A stretch of DNA of 26,908 nt from an uncultured Christensenella sp. (GTDB lineage: Bacteria; Bacillota; Clostridia; Christensenellales; Pumilibacteraceae): NCBI GenBank assembly GCA_910577995.1, contig CAJTND010000012.1, forward strand, positions 8,649 through 35,556. The letters are read 5' to 3'. The position numbers were made by a program, and so were the translations under genes. Positions 1 to 10,191 of the stretch are shown one piece after another; the first letter of the stretch is position 1, and each line of letters begins with the position of its first letter. The notes beneath the pieces were generated by a model. It had not been told where the DNA came from. It was given only the letters and a program-made list of their open reading frames with translations, and did no database searches.

Positions 1-806
1 AAGCCGCGGAGGAAGCGGCGCGTCGCGCTGCGGACAGATCGTCATCGCAACAGAACGATTCCGCCAATGAGGCGGCGCGTGTGATGATGGAACAGGCGCG
101 GCTCATGATGGAGCAGGCGCGTCAGGAACAGCTCAAAGCGCAACAGTCTACAGTCGTCGCGCCGTCCGCGGATGGGTATACCGTCAAGGAAGTGGACCGG
201 CTCAGGTCGGAGATGGACGGCATGCGCGATACCATCAACAAGCTCACGGCGTCGCTCGCGCAGGCGCAGGAGCAGGTGCGCGCGCAAGCGCAGACGCAGG
301 GCATACCCAATCAGCCCGTTTATCGCGGCGACGATTACCGTCGGCTCGAGCAGGAGCTCGACCGCATGCGCCGCGAGATAGCGGAAAAAGAGATCAAGGA
401 AAAGGAGCGCGAGCTCGAGCGCAAACAGCGCGAGGCGGAGAACGCCGTCAAGGATATCCGTCCCGAAATGATACAGCTTTCCGATTCGTCGGACATGCCG
501 ATAGCCGCGCCCGTCATGCCGGGCGGAGCGACCTCGGAGTATATAACGCTCGCCGACGGCGTGGTGTATTCGACCAAGGACAAGCAGGTATATGTGATGA
601 CGCCCGCATCCAAAGCGGCGATAGGCGCGGTGCAGCCTGCGCCTGCGGCAAAGCCCGCGGCTGTGCAGAAGCGCGTCGTCAAGAAGCCCGCGCCCAAGAA
701 AGCCGTCAAGCGCGCGCCGTCCAAAAAGCGCAGAGCGCCCGCGCCGCGCTCGCGCGGCGGCAGACCCGCAAGACGCCCGTCGGGCAGACCGACGCGCCGT
801 AGATAG
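1..806 (+). CDS. 5'-partial (window edge) coiled-coil protein with a Lys/Arg/Ala/Pro-rich basic C-terminal tail; function unknown
   Basis: The frame of ORF 81..806 stays open back to nt 3 with no stop, so the gene probably starts upstream of the window. The N-terminal part is Q/E/R/A-rich and coiled-coil-like (MMEQARLMMEQARQEQL, REIAEKEIKEKERELERKQREAE). The tail reads AAKPAAVQKRVVKKPAPKKAVKRAPSKKRRAPAPRSRGGRPARRPSGRPTRRR. A terminator follows. Confidence 0.6.
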   Translation, partial: AAEEAARRAADRSSSQQNDSANEAARVMMEQARLMMEQARQEQLKAQQSTVVAPSADGYTVKEVDRLRSEMDGMRDTINKLTASLAQAQEQVRAQAQTQGIPNQPVYRGDDYRRLEQELDRMRREIAEKEIKEKERELERKQREAENAVKDIRPEMIQLSDSSDMPIAAPVMPGGATSEYITLADGVVYSTKDKQVYVMTPASKAAIGAVQPAPAAKPAAVQKRVVKKPAPKKAVKRAPSKKRRAPAPRSRGGRPARRPSGRPTRRR

Positions 807-816
807 AGTTTATCCG

Positions 817-848
817 AAAAAGCCCGAGAGCGGGCTTTTTTTGTTTTT
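817..848 (+). terminator. Rho-independent terminator
   Basis: aaaaaGCCCG-agag-CGGGCttttttgttttt: a GC stem, 4-nt loop and T-run 11 nt after the stop at 806. Confidence 0.75.
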
Positions 849-904
849 GCGGCGGCAGGACTTTCGTCTTGCCGCGGCGGACGGCGCGCCGATTTTTATT
901 GCTG

Positions 905-933
905 TTGACAAAAGGCGCGGTCTGTGGTATAAT
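905..933 (+). promoter_or_regulatory. SigA-type promoter of the TetR/ABC operon
   Basis: TTGACA (905-910), 17-bp spacer, TATAAT (928-933), preceded by TGg (extended -10). It lies 23 nt upstream of the ATG at 956. Confidence 0.7.
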
Positions 934-955
934 GACCGCAACAAAAGAGGTAATC

Positions 956-1458
956 ATGACGGGCGAGAAGAAAGCGTCGGCGGTCAGGTATCACAGGCGC
1001 GCGCTGCTCGAAGCGGCGGACAGACTGTTGACCGAGTTCGGCTATGACGGTATGAACATGAATATGCTCGCCAAGGAAGCGAACTATTCCAAGGCGACTG
1101 TTTACGTCTATTTTGAGAGCAAGGACGAGATCGTGCGCGCGCTGTGTATCGAGCGGTTAAAGCTGATGCGGCGCGAGCTCGCGCTGGTGCTCAAAAGCGA
1201 CGCGGACACGGATGGCAAGCTCGCCGAAGTGCGGCAGATGCTCGACGAGCTCGCGTCGGGCGACGGCGTGTATTTCGACTTTGCGTGCGAGTTCGGCGGT
1301 CGTACCGACACCGACAGCGCGCGGGAGCTGAACGCGCTGATACGCGGGATATTCGACGATCTTACCGCGCTCGCGCCCGAGCAAGAGCTTAAAAACAAAT
1401 GGTACAGGTATTACGGCGAGGTCAAGACCAAAGGACTTTTCGCCGAAGGAGGCGAGGC

Positions 1459-1462
<4 letters not shown>
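956..1462 (+). CDS. TetR/AcrR family transcriptional regulator
   Basis: Internal ATG at 956 with AAAGAGG 6 nt upstream. The longer ORF start at 869 would overlap the promoter. The N-terminal TetR HTH signature is ALLEAADRLLTEFGYDGMNMNMLAKEANYSKATVYVYFESKDEIV. Confidence 0.9.
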
Positions 1463-2208
<746 letters not shown>

Positions 2209-2244
2209 CGCGGCTTTGCGAAAAAAACATCGGGAGGTGATATA

Positions 2245-4827
2245 ATGAAGTATATCATGCTTAAAACGTTCCGCGATATACGCGAGACGGTGGGCAGTTT
2301 CATATCGATACTCGTCATCATCTTTATCGGTTGTTTTTTCTTTGCGGGCATAGGCGAGGGCGCGGCGGCGATAACCGCGCAGGTCGAGGATTATTACATT
2401 GCGCAGAACCTCTCGGACGCGCGCGGCGAGTATATGTACGTCAACTCGGCGGCGGTCGCGGACATATCGGCGGCTGACGGAGTTACAGAGGCGGCGGGCT
2501 ACGATACTTTTCAAACGCGGACGACGAGCTTCGGCGGCATACGCTGCGACATGACTATAACGACGCTCACGCCCGGGATAGACGATCCCAAGCTGACCGA
2601 GGGCAGATTGCCCGAGTCGGGCAAGCGCGAAATGATAATAGACAGCGTTTTCGCAGGCAAGCACGGCGTGAAGATAGGCGACAAGGTGGAGTTCGGCATA
2701 AGCGCGTTGAACAAGATAAAGCTTTCGTTCAATCCGACTTTGCAGTATGCGCCGGAATACGAGAGCGTCGAGCACGAGTTTACGGTCTGCGGATTTTATC
2801 ACTCGCCAGACGTTATTTATAAAGTAAATCTTCTCAACACTTCCGCCGCGCCTGTGTCGTTTGTTTTCGCGCAGGTCAACTACGGCGAGATACGGTCTTA
2901 TACCGACGCCGCGTCGATAGTGCTTCGCGTGCAAACGCCGGGCGGCGAGATGGAAACGCCGCTTCTTGAATATTCCGCGCTCGACGTCGATCTATATAAC
3001 GGTATTAAGGTCAAGTGCGAAAAGGGCTTCGAGGGATATCCCGAGCTTTTTGACAGGTATACCGTGTCGACGCAGGAACAGCTCGAAGCGATATTCGCAG
3101 ACCCGAACGCCGCGGCAGGGCTGTATATGTACTCGCTCGAACGCGACCGGTTCCCGTCGGTGTCGGCGTTCTCGAGCATGAACGATACCATAGCCGCGCT
3201 CGCCGCGGTACTGCCGCTGATATTCTTCGCCGTCGCCGCAGCGATAACCGTGATATCGCTTTCCAAGACGGTCGACAATCAGCGCATGCAGATAGGCGTA
3301 ATACAGGCGCTCGGCGTGAGCAAGGGCAACGTTTACTTTTCGTATATCTTCTATGCGCTGTTCGCCTGTCTTATCGGCGGATCCGCGGGCGGGCTTGTCG
3401 GTACGTTCTTCGTGCCGTACCTGCTCGACATTATCTATGCTAGGCAGTTTTCCATGCCGCCGACCGCGTGGCACGTTACGGGCGTGTGGATGCTTATCGG
3501 CGTTGCGATAAGCGCGGCGCTCGCGTGTCTTTCCGCGTTCGTGTCGTGCTATAAGACGCTTCGCGTCGTGCCTGCGCAGGCGATGCGTCCGAAGCCGCCC
3601 AAAAAGACTCGGCGCATACTCGCCGAGCGTTGGACGGGACTATGGAAAAAGCTCGGGTTCGGCGCGAAAATGAACTTGCGCAATATGTTTTTGCACAAGA
3701 CCAAGATGGTTCTTTCGTCCGTCGGGATAGTCGGCTGTCTTGCGTTGCTCATCGGGCTCATCGGGCTGAAAGACAATATGTCCATGTCGTTCCGCGCATA
3801 TGACGCGAGCGCGAACTACGATATTTCGATAGTGACAGACGTCGCCGTAGATATAACCGACAAAGCGATATACGACGAGATGACGGGCGCGGACGGCGAA
3901 GAGTACATGCACACGCTGACTTTCGTCCCCGACTTTTCGGGACGGTTCGAGTTCGGCGGCAAGACCGCCGACCTTACGGTCATGGCGATACCGACTTATG
4001 CCGACGAAAAGAACTATCCCTATGCCGACGCGGACTGCGTGCGGCTGTATACCGACGTCGGCGGAAAACATCGCGTGCTGTTCGAGTCGGATACTTTCGT
4101 CATTCCCGAGATGCTTGCTCAAAAGCTCGGCGCAAAGGCGGGCGATACCGTGCGCGTCACGGGCTATTCGCTCGACAACCGTTCCATAGACTTCGAGGTC
4201 GTGATAACGGCGGTAGTGTGCGAGTACTTCGAGCAGAAGGCTTACTGCGCTTACGACGTGTTTGCGAAAAACAACGTCGGTCTGATTGCGGACAAGACCT
4301 ACGGCTCGTTCCTGCCCGGCGCGGACGAAACGGCGGCGATAGCGGCGCTCGAGAGCCATGACGCGGTGCGCGCGGTGCAGACTTTCCGCGAGAACTTCGA
4401 GGCGCTGGAAAAACAGATGTCGCTGCTCGATTACGCGGTCATCATATTCGTCGTCGGCGCGGCGGCGCTCGCGATAGCAGTCATTTACAATATCACCGCT
4501 ACCAACCTTAAAGAACGCACGCGCGAGATAGCGACGCTGATGGTGCTCGGCTACAATAAGCACGAAACGGCGAACATGCTGATAGTGGAAAACCTCGTGA
4601 TAACGGGGCTCGGGTGCGTGCTCGGTCTGCCGCTCGGCTACGGTCTGTTGTGGTGGCTCGTCGAGATAACCAAGTCGTTCAACGTCTTTATTTCGAGCTT
4701 TTTCAGCTGGTACGTCGTCCTCGGCTGTATCGCGCTGACATTTGCTTTCTCGCTTATCGCGACGATGCTGCTCAATACGAAACTGAAAAAGATATCTATG
4801 GTCGAGGCGCTGAAAAGCGTCGAGTAA
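2245..4827 (+). CDS. ABC transporter permease, FtsX/MacB-type, duplicated FtsX module (860 aa)
   Basis: GGGAGGTG RBS 6 nt upstream. Two blocks of multi-TM segments are each preceded by a large soluble domain. It sits immediately after its ATPase. Confidence 0.9.
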   Translation: MKYIMLKTFRDIRETVGSFISILVIIFIGCFFFAGIGEGAAAITAQVEDYYIAQNLSDARGEYMYVNSAAVADISAADGVTEAAGYDTFQTRTTSFGGIRCDMTITTLTPGIDDPKLTEGRLPESGKREMIIDSVFAGKHGVKIGDKVEFGISALNKIKLSFNPTLQYAPEYESVEHEFTVCGFYHSPDVIYKVNLLNTSAAPVSFVFAQVNYGEIRSYTDAASIVLRVQTPGGEMETPLLEYSALDVDLYNGIKVKCEKGFEGYPELFDRYTVSTQEQLEAIFADPNAAAGLYMYSLERDRFPSVSAFSSMNDTIAALAAVLPLIFFAVAAAITVISLSKTVDNQRMQIGVIQALGVSKGNVYFSYIFYALFACLIGGSAGGLVGTFFVPYLLDIIYARQFSMPPTAWHVTGVWMLIGVAISAALACLSAFVSCYKTLRVVPAQAMRPKPPKKTRRILAERWTGLWKKLGFGAKMNLRNMFLHKTKMVLSSVGIVGCLALLIGLIGLKDNMSMSFRAYDASANYDISIVTDVAVDITDKAIYDEMTGADGEEYMHTLTFVPDFSGRFEFGGKTADLTVMAIPTYADEKNYPYADADCVRLYTDVGGKHRVLFESDTFVIPEMLAQKLGAKAGDTVRVTGYSLDNRSIDFEVVITAVVCEYFEQKAYCAYDVFAKNNVGLIADKTYGSFLPGADETAAIAALESHDAVRAVQTFRENFEALEKQMSLLDYAVIIFVVGAAALAIAVIYNITATNLKERTREIATLMVLGYNKHETANMLIVENLVITGLGCVLGLPLGYGLLWWLVEITKSFNVFISSFFSWYVVLGCIALTFAFSLIATMLLNTKLKKISMVEALKSVE

Positions 4828-4833
4828 AGCAAT

Positions 4834-4866
4834 GCCGACGTCTCCCCAAACGATGGAGACGTCGGC
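4834..4866 (+). terminator. Perfect 12-bp hairpin after the permease gene (probable terminator)
   Basis: GCCGACGTCTCC-ccaaacgat-GGAGACGTCGGC starts 7 nt after the stop. There is only a weak T-run (gatatgctttat), so terminator function is inferred. Confidence 0.55.
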
Positions 4867-4876
4867 GATATGCTTT

Positions 4877-5045
4877 ATAGTGACAAAAAACGGAGACTCT
4901 TCGCTTGCGCTCAGAGTGACAAACGGGGGCGGCGGAGAGACGACAGAGAGACTCTTCGCTTGCGCTCAGAGTGACAAACGGGGGTGGCGGAGAGACGACA
5001 GAGAGACTCTTCGCTTATGCTCGGAGTAACAAACGGGGCGAGGAT
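4877..5045. repeat. 55-bp tandem repeat, about 3 copies
   Basis: Units at 4893-4947 and 4948-5002 differ at 1 of 55 positions (gagactcttcgcttgcgctcagagtgacaaacggggg[c/t]ggcggagagacgacaga). A degenerate third unit starts at 5003, and a partial unit (tagtgacaaaaaacg) precedes 4893. The period is not a multiple of 3. Confidence 0.85.
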
Positions 5046-5079
5046 CGGTGGATCTGTCGCCCGAGCGTTTGTACAAAGC

Positions 5080-5409
5080 TTACGATTTGCTCGTGTCGCA
5101 GGAATTGCCCGACGGGTCGATCATCTTATAATCGGGGTTGGTCGGGCGCGTGCGCTTGGACAGCGGTTTTTTTGCCGTAGTCGCCGAAGCAGTCGTCGCA
5201 GACTTCGCGGCGGCGCGTTTCGGCGCAGGTTTTGCCGCGGCGGATCTATTCGTCGTTTTTTGCTTGCCCGAGGGGAATATCTCCTCGCGGGTCACTTCCT
5301 CGACGGATATTTCCGCGTCGACTGCGGCACGGCGCGGCGCGGTCTTTTTTGCGGTCTTTTCGCCCTTGACCTTGCGCCACATGTCCTTGAACTTCTTTTT
5401 GATATCCAT
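5080..5409 (-). CDS. Small (109 aa) lysine/alanine/proline-rich basic protein; function unknown
   Basis: AAGGAG lies 6 nt upstream of the ATG on the minus strand. The product is MDIKKKFKDMWRKVKGEKTAKKTAPRRAA...AAAKPAPKRAAAKSATTASATTAKKPLSKRTRP. The overlapping + strand ORFs are Arg/Cys-rich with no RBS. Confidence 0.6.
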   Translation of the reverse strand: MDIKKKFKDMWRKVKGEKTAKKTAPRRAAVDAEISVEEVTREEIFPSGKQKTTNRSAAAKPAPKRAAAKSATTASATTAKKPLSKRTRPTNPDYKMIDPSGNSCDTSKS

Positions 5410-5585
5410 ATCATGCTCCTTTTTTCGGTTGGTTTGAATTTTTGTTTATGTTAGTATCGGCGGCGCGCGCGGAATTATGCACAGTTCGTGCCGCGCAGTC
5501 GCGGCGGTCGTGCGGTCGAGAAAATTCACTATGGTGAAATTTTCTTAAAGTTTGATTAAGAATTATAGCGGGCGCGGCTTAATCC

Positions 5586-5614
5586 TTTACAAACGGCGGC
5601 GAAGAGTATATAAT
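5586..5614 (+). promoter_or_regulatory. SigA-type promoter of the fused ABC gene
   Basis: TTTACA (5586-5591), 17-bp spacer, TATAAT (5609-5614), 30 nt upstream of the ATG at 5645. Confidence 0.55.
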
Positions 5615-5644
5615 ATATAGCACGATAAAAGGACGGAGATATAA

Positions 5645-8185
5645 ATGCTCGAGCTACGCAATATCACAAAGGATTATTCGGTAGGCGAAGAAAAGGTCCA
5701 CGCGCTGAAAGGCGTGAGCCTCGCTTTCCGCGAAAACGAGTTCGTTTCCATACTCGGTCAGTCGGGTTGCGGAAAGACCACGCTGCTCAACATCATCGGC
5801 GGGCTCGACGTTTACACCGACGGCGATCTTATAATAAACGGACGTTCGACCAAGGACTTCAGGGCGGCGGACTGGGACGCGTACCGCAACCGACGTATAG
5901 GGTTCGTTTTTCAGTCGTACAACCTGATACCGCACTTGACGGTGCTCGGCAACGTCGAGCTCGCTCTTACGCTTTCGGGCGTCAGAAAGTCCGAGCGGCA
6001 GAAGCGCGCCGCAGAGGCGCTCGCGCGGGTCGGGCTGGAAAAGGAAATGAAAAAGCGCCCGAACCAAATGTCGGGCGGACAGATGCAGCGCGTCGCCATT
6101 GCGCGCGCGCTCGTCAACGATCCCGATATAATCCTCGCCGACGAACCGACGGGCGCGCTCGACAGCGCGACGTCCGTTCAGGTCATGGATCTGCTTAAAG
6201 AGATAGCGGCGGATAAGCTCGTCATCATGGTCACGCACAACAAACCTCTCGCCGAGCAATACTCGACGCGCATAGTGTCCATGCTCGACGGCAAGGTGCT
6301 CGACGACACCGCGCCCGTACCGCTTATCGATACCGAGGCGGAAAGATCGGATAGCGGCGATGCGGTCGGCACTGAAAAGGTAAAGACGGAAAAAGAACTT
6401 GCCAAAGAGCACAAGCGCAGACAGAAGGAGATAACCAAGTCCAACAAGGCGGCGATGAAGCGCACGTCGATGGGGCTGTTCACCGCGCTCGCACATTCGG
6501 CGCGCAATCTTATAACCAAAAAGGGCAGGACGCTCGCGACCGCCGTCGCCGGGTCGATAGGCATAATCGGCGTCGCGCTCGTGCTGGCGCTGTCCAACGG
6601 CTTCAATCATTACATAGACGATATGGAAATGCAGATGCTCGCAAGCTACCCCGTTACCGTGTCGCAGACAGCCGTCGACGTCGAGTCGACCATGGGCAAT
6701 GCGACGGCGGGCGCGGTCAAGCGCGAGGAGTATCCCGACGGCAATAAGATAATAATCGATACGAGCCGCGTGATGACCTACCACTTCAACCGTATCGACC
6801 AAAACTACCTCGACTATGTAAACGCCATGCCCGAGGGGCTGTGCGTCGATATAACGTATTCTCACGCGATGTCCAAACCGCTGCTCAGCGCGAACACGTC
6901 CGACGGCTCGGTCAAGCAGGTCGAAGTCAAAGTCAACAGCATGCTCGGCACGTCGTCGTTCCAACCGCTGATGCGCAACACCGATTACGTCCTGTCGCAG
7001 TACGATGTGCTCGGCGGCAAGTACCCGAGCGAGGCGAACGAGATAGCGCTCATCATCGGCAGGGACAACGCGATCAACCTGACCACGATAAACGACGCGG
7101 GGCTTAGCGTGCCCGACGGCGCGGAAACGGTGACCTTCGAGGACGTTATCGGTCAGTCGATAAAGGTCGTCCGCAACAACGAGTGGTTCACCTACGACGC
7201 GGACGCCAAGTATTATAAGGCGTTCAACTTCAACAGCAGCTCGCCCGAGGCGAGGAAAGAACTGTACGACAACGAGAACAACCTCGAGCTGAAAGTCGTC
7301 GGCGTTATGCGCGTCAAGCAGTCGGCGGCGCTCGCGATGTATTCTTCGGGGCTCGCGTACTCGCCCAAGCTCGACGACTTCCTCATAGCCGACGCGCTCG
7401 CGAGCGAGGTCGGCAAGGCTCAGGCGGAAAACGCCGAGAGGTGCGTGAGCGACGCGCTCGTCATCGGCTCGGCGTCGAGTTCGATGCCTTGCGCGGGACT
7501 GACGTTCAGCTTTATATCGACGCTTCTCAAGCCGGCTATGAGCTCGATGGGGCTTGTCATGCGTCCCGAGGATATATACCTCATGGCGTGCCAAGCCGTC
7601 GGCGCGAGCAAGATCCCCACGACGATAAACTTCTATCCGACCAACTTCGACAGCAAAAAAGAAATGCTCGCTTACCTCGATGCGTACAACGTCGGCAAGG
7701 ACAAAGACGACGCGATATTCTCGCTCGACGCGGTAGCTATGGTCACCGACGCGGTCGGGCAGATGATAGACATCATGACATACGTGCTCGTCGCTTTTGC
7801 GGCGATCTCGCTCGTCGTGTCGTCGGTGATGATAAGCATAATCACTTACGCATCCGTAGTAGAGCGCACCAAGGAGATAGGTGTGCTCCGCGCGGTCGGC
7901 GCACGCAAGATAGACATCATGCGCCTGTTCAACGCCGAAACGATGATAATCGGGTTTGCGGCGGGCGTGATAGGCGTGCTGTTCACTTTCATACTGTCGT
8001 TCCCGCTGTCGTCGCTGTTCATATCTATATCCGAAGGCATGGTGACGACAAGCCTCGTGCTGATGGCGTGGTGGCACTTCGTGTTGCTGATAGCGGTGAG
8101 CGTTCTGCTGACGCTAGTCGCGGGCATGATCCCCGCGTACTCGGCGAGCAAGCGCGATCCCGTGACCGCGCTGAGATCGGAATGA
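5645..8185 (+). CDS. Fused ABC transporter ATP-binding/permease protein (MacB-like: N-terminal NBD, large extracytoplasmic domain, C-terminal FtsX TM bundle)
   Basis: Walker [10 protein letters not shown], signature [15 protein letters not shown] and Walker [13 protein letters not shown]. One TM segment near residue 300, a ~380-aa soluble domain, then 3 C-terminal TM segments ending in the FtsX-type motif ...[17 protein letters not shown]. Confidence 0.9.
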   Translation: MLELRNITKDYSVGEEKVHALKGVSLAFRENEFVSILGQSGCGKTTLLNIIGGLDVYTDGDLIINGRSTKDFRAADWDAYRNRRIGFVFQSYNLIPHLTVLGNVELALTLSGVRKSERQKRAAEALARVGLEKEMKKRPNQMSGGQMQRVAIARALVNDPDIILADEPTGALDSATSVQVMDLLKEIAADKLVIMVTHNKPLAEQYSTRIVSMLDGKVLDDTAPVPLIDTEAERSDSGDAVGTEKVKTEKELAKEHKRRQKEITKSNKAAMKRTSMGLFTALAHSARNLITKKGRTLATAVAGSIGIIGVALVLALSNGFNHYIDDMEMQMLASYPVTVSQTAVDVESTMGNATAGAVKREEYPDGNKIIIDTSRVMTYHFNRIDQNYLDYVNAMPEGLCVDITYSHAMSKPLLSANTSDGSVKQVEVKVNSMLGTSSFQPLMRNTDYVLSQYDVLGGKYPSEANEIALIIGRDNAINLTTINDAGLSVPDGAETVTFEDVIGQSIKVVRNNEWFTYDADAKYYKAFNFNSSSPEARKELYDNENNLELKVVGVMRVKQSAALAMYSSGLAYSPKLDDFLIADALASEVGKAQAENAERCVSDALVIGSASSSMPCAGLTFSFISTLLKPAMSSMGLVMRPEDIYLMACQAVGASKIPTTINFYPTNFDSKKEMLAYLDAYNVGKDKDDAIFSLDAVAMVTDAVGQMIDIMTYVLVAFAAISLVVSSVMISIITYASVVERTKEIGVLRAVGARKIDIMRLFNAETMIIGFAAGVIGVLFTFILSFPLSSLFISISEGMVTTSLVLMAWWHFVLLIAVSVLLTLVAGMIPAYSASKRDPVTALRSE

Positions 8186-8229
8186 CGATAACGCGGTTTA
8201 TACCGCAATAACGACAAGGAGAGCTATCC

Positions 8230-10191
8230 ATGGCAAAAAGACCTGCGGCGAAAGCCGACAAAAAGACATTTTATATCACCACGCCCATATACTACGCGAG
8301 CGGCGCACTGCATATCGGGCACTGTTACACGACCGTGTGCTGCGACGCGATCGCGCGGTTCAAGCGCATGGACGGCTACGACGTTTATTACCTGACGGGC
8401 ACGGACGAGCACGGTCAAAAGGTACAGCAGGCGGCGGAGGAACGCGGCATGAGCCCGCAGGCTTTCGTCGACTCGCTCGCCGAGCGTATCAAAGCGCTGT
8501 GGACGCGCATGGATATAAGCAACGACGGGTTCATACGTACGACAGACAAAGCGCACGAAAAGGCTATCGCCGACATATTTACCAAGCTGTACGAAAAGGG
8601 CGATATCTACAAGTCCGAGTACGTCGGCAAATACTGCGAGCCGTGCGAATCGTTCTGGACGGAGTCGCAGCTCGTCGACGGCAAGTGCCCCGACTGCGGC
8701 AGACCCGTCAAGGAAACGAAGGAGGAATGTTACTTCTTCCGTCTCAGCAAGTACGCGGACAGGCTTAGAAAGCTACTTACCGAAACGGACTTTTTACAGC
8801 CCGATTCGCGCGTCAAGGAGATGGTCAATAACTTTATCGACAAGGGGCTTTCCGACCTCGCGGTGACACGCACCTCGTTCGATTGGGGGATAAAAGTCCC
8901 GTTCGATCCCAAGCACGTCATCTATGTATGGATAGACGCTCTGCCCAACTATATCACCGCGCTCGGCTACGGCGCGGACGGAAAAAACTTCTCCAAATAC
9001 TGGCCGTGCGATATGCACGTCATGGCGAAGGAGATAGTGCGGTTCCACTCGATAGTGTGGCCCGCGATACTCATGGCGCTCGATATCCCCGTGCCCAAAC
9101 GCGTTTACGGTCACGGCTGGATAATGTTCGACGGCGACAAGATGAGCAAGTCCAAGGGCAACGTCGTCGATCCGTTCATACTGACCGACCGTTACGGCGT
9201 GGACGCGCTAAGGTACTTCCTGCTCCGCGCGATGCCGTTCGGCGACGATATGCAGTATTCCAACGAGCTGTTGCTCTCGTCTATCAACAACGATATAGTC
9301 AACGACCTCGGCAACCTCGTAAGGCGCACTTTCGCGATGAGCCGTCAGTACTTCGGCGGCGCGGTAAAAAAGCCTGCGGCGGACAAGCTCGACGACGGCG
9401 ACAAAAAGTTCATCGCCGAGATAGACGGGCTGGCGGCGGCGGTGCGCGCGGATATGGACAGACCGCTCGTGTCCAAAGCGCTCGAACGCATATTCGGGCT
9501 TATCGACAGCGCCAATAAATACATCGACGCAAACAAGCCGTGGGCGCTTATCAAGACCGATACCGACAGGCTGAACACCGTCATGTACGTATTGCTCGAT
9601 GCGATACGCGTATCTGCCAATCTGCTTTTGCCCTTCCTCACGGCGTATCCGCGCCGCATATTCGACGGTCTGGGACTGCCCGTGCCCGAGGATCTTGCGG
9701 CGTGCGCGTTCGGCAAGGTCGATGCGTACAAAACGACGGAGATAGAGCCCATACTCAACCGCTTGGACATCAAGAAAGAGCTTTCGGAGCTCGAAGCGAT
9801 AGCCGCCGAGACCAACAAGCCCGCAGCGGCGGAAAAGCCCGCCGCGGACAAGGATAAGGACGGCGCGCCCGAACAGATAAGCATAGACGAGTTTTTCAAG
9901 ACCGAGCTTCGCGTCGTCAAGATAGAGGAGTGCGTCAAGGTCGAAAAGTCCAACAAGCTGTTGAAGCTGACGGTGTTCGACGGCGAGCGCCGCCGCACGA
10001 TAGTTTCGGGCATAGCGCACTGCTACGCGCCCGAGGACGTTATAGGCAAGAACGCCGCGCTCGTCGCCAACCTCAAGCCCGCTAAACTTTGCGGCATCGT
10101 TTCCGAGGGCATGCTGTTGTGCTCGGTCGGCGCGGACGGCAAGCCCAAGCTCGTAGAACCGAAGGGCGAGGCGGGCGAAAAGATATGCTGA
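8230..10191 (+). CDS. metG: Methionine--tRNA ligase with C-terminal tRNA-binding (EMAP/Trbp111-like) domain
   Basis: HIGH motif (ALHIGHCYT), KMSKS motif (DKMSKSKGN), Zn knuckle CEPCESFW...CPDCGRP, and a C-terminal OB-fold block (LRVVKIEECVKVEKSNKLLKLTVFDG...). AAGGAGAG RBS. Confidence 0.97.
   Translation: MAKRPAAKADKKTFYITTPIYYASGALHIGHCYTTVCCDAIARFKRMDGYDVYYLTGTDEHGQKVQQAAEERGMSPQAFVDSLAERIKALWTRMDISNDGFIRTTDKAHEKAIADIFTKLYEKGDIYKSEYVGKYCEPCESFWTESQLVDGKCPDCGRPVKETKEECYFFRLSKYADRLRKLLTETDFLQPDSRVKEMVNNFIDKGLSDLAVTRTSFDWGIKVPFDPKHVIYVWIDALPNYITALGYGADGKNFSKYWPCDMHVMAKEIVRFHSIVWPAILMALDIPVPKRVYGHGWIMFDGDKMSKSKGNVVDPFILTDRYGVDALRYFLLRAMPFGDDMQYSNELLLSSINNDIVNDLGNLVRRTFAMSRQYFGGAVKKPAADKLDDGDKKFIAEIDGLAAAVRADMDRPLVSKALERIFGLIDSANKYIDANKPWALIKTDTDRLNTVMYVLLDAIRVSANLLLPFLTAYPRRIFDGLGLPVPEDLAACAFGKVDAYKTTEIEPILNRLDIKKELSELEAIAAETNKPAAAEKPAADKDKDGAPEQISIDEFFKTELRVVKIEECVKVEKSNKLLKLTVFDGERRRTIVSGIAHCYAPEDVIGKNAALVANLKPAKLCGIVSEGMLLCSVGADGKPKLVEPKGEAGEKIC

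Noticed and set aside
4832-5454. The + strand ORFs 4832..5029, 4971..5180, 4984..5454 and 5138..5437.
   Set aside because: They run through the 55-bp non-coding tandem repeat or antisense to the RBS-supported 109-aa gene. Their products are Arg/Gly/Cys-rich and there are no RBSs.
5654-8077. 807-aa ORF antisense to the fused ABC transporter gene. Similar long antisense ORFs occur at 1663..2934, 3640..4563, 9208..10020, 10023..10931, 10832..11608, 22284..23855, 24183..25226 and 25804..26898.
   Set aside because: These lie opposite genes with unmistakable conserved motifs. Their products are Arg/His/Tyr/Val-rich low-information sequences with no RBS. This is the expected stop-codon-poor antisense frame of GC-rich, codon-biased genes.
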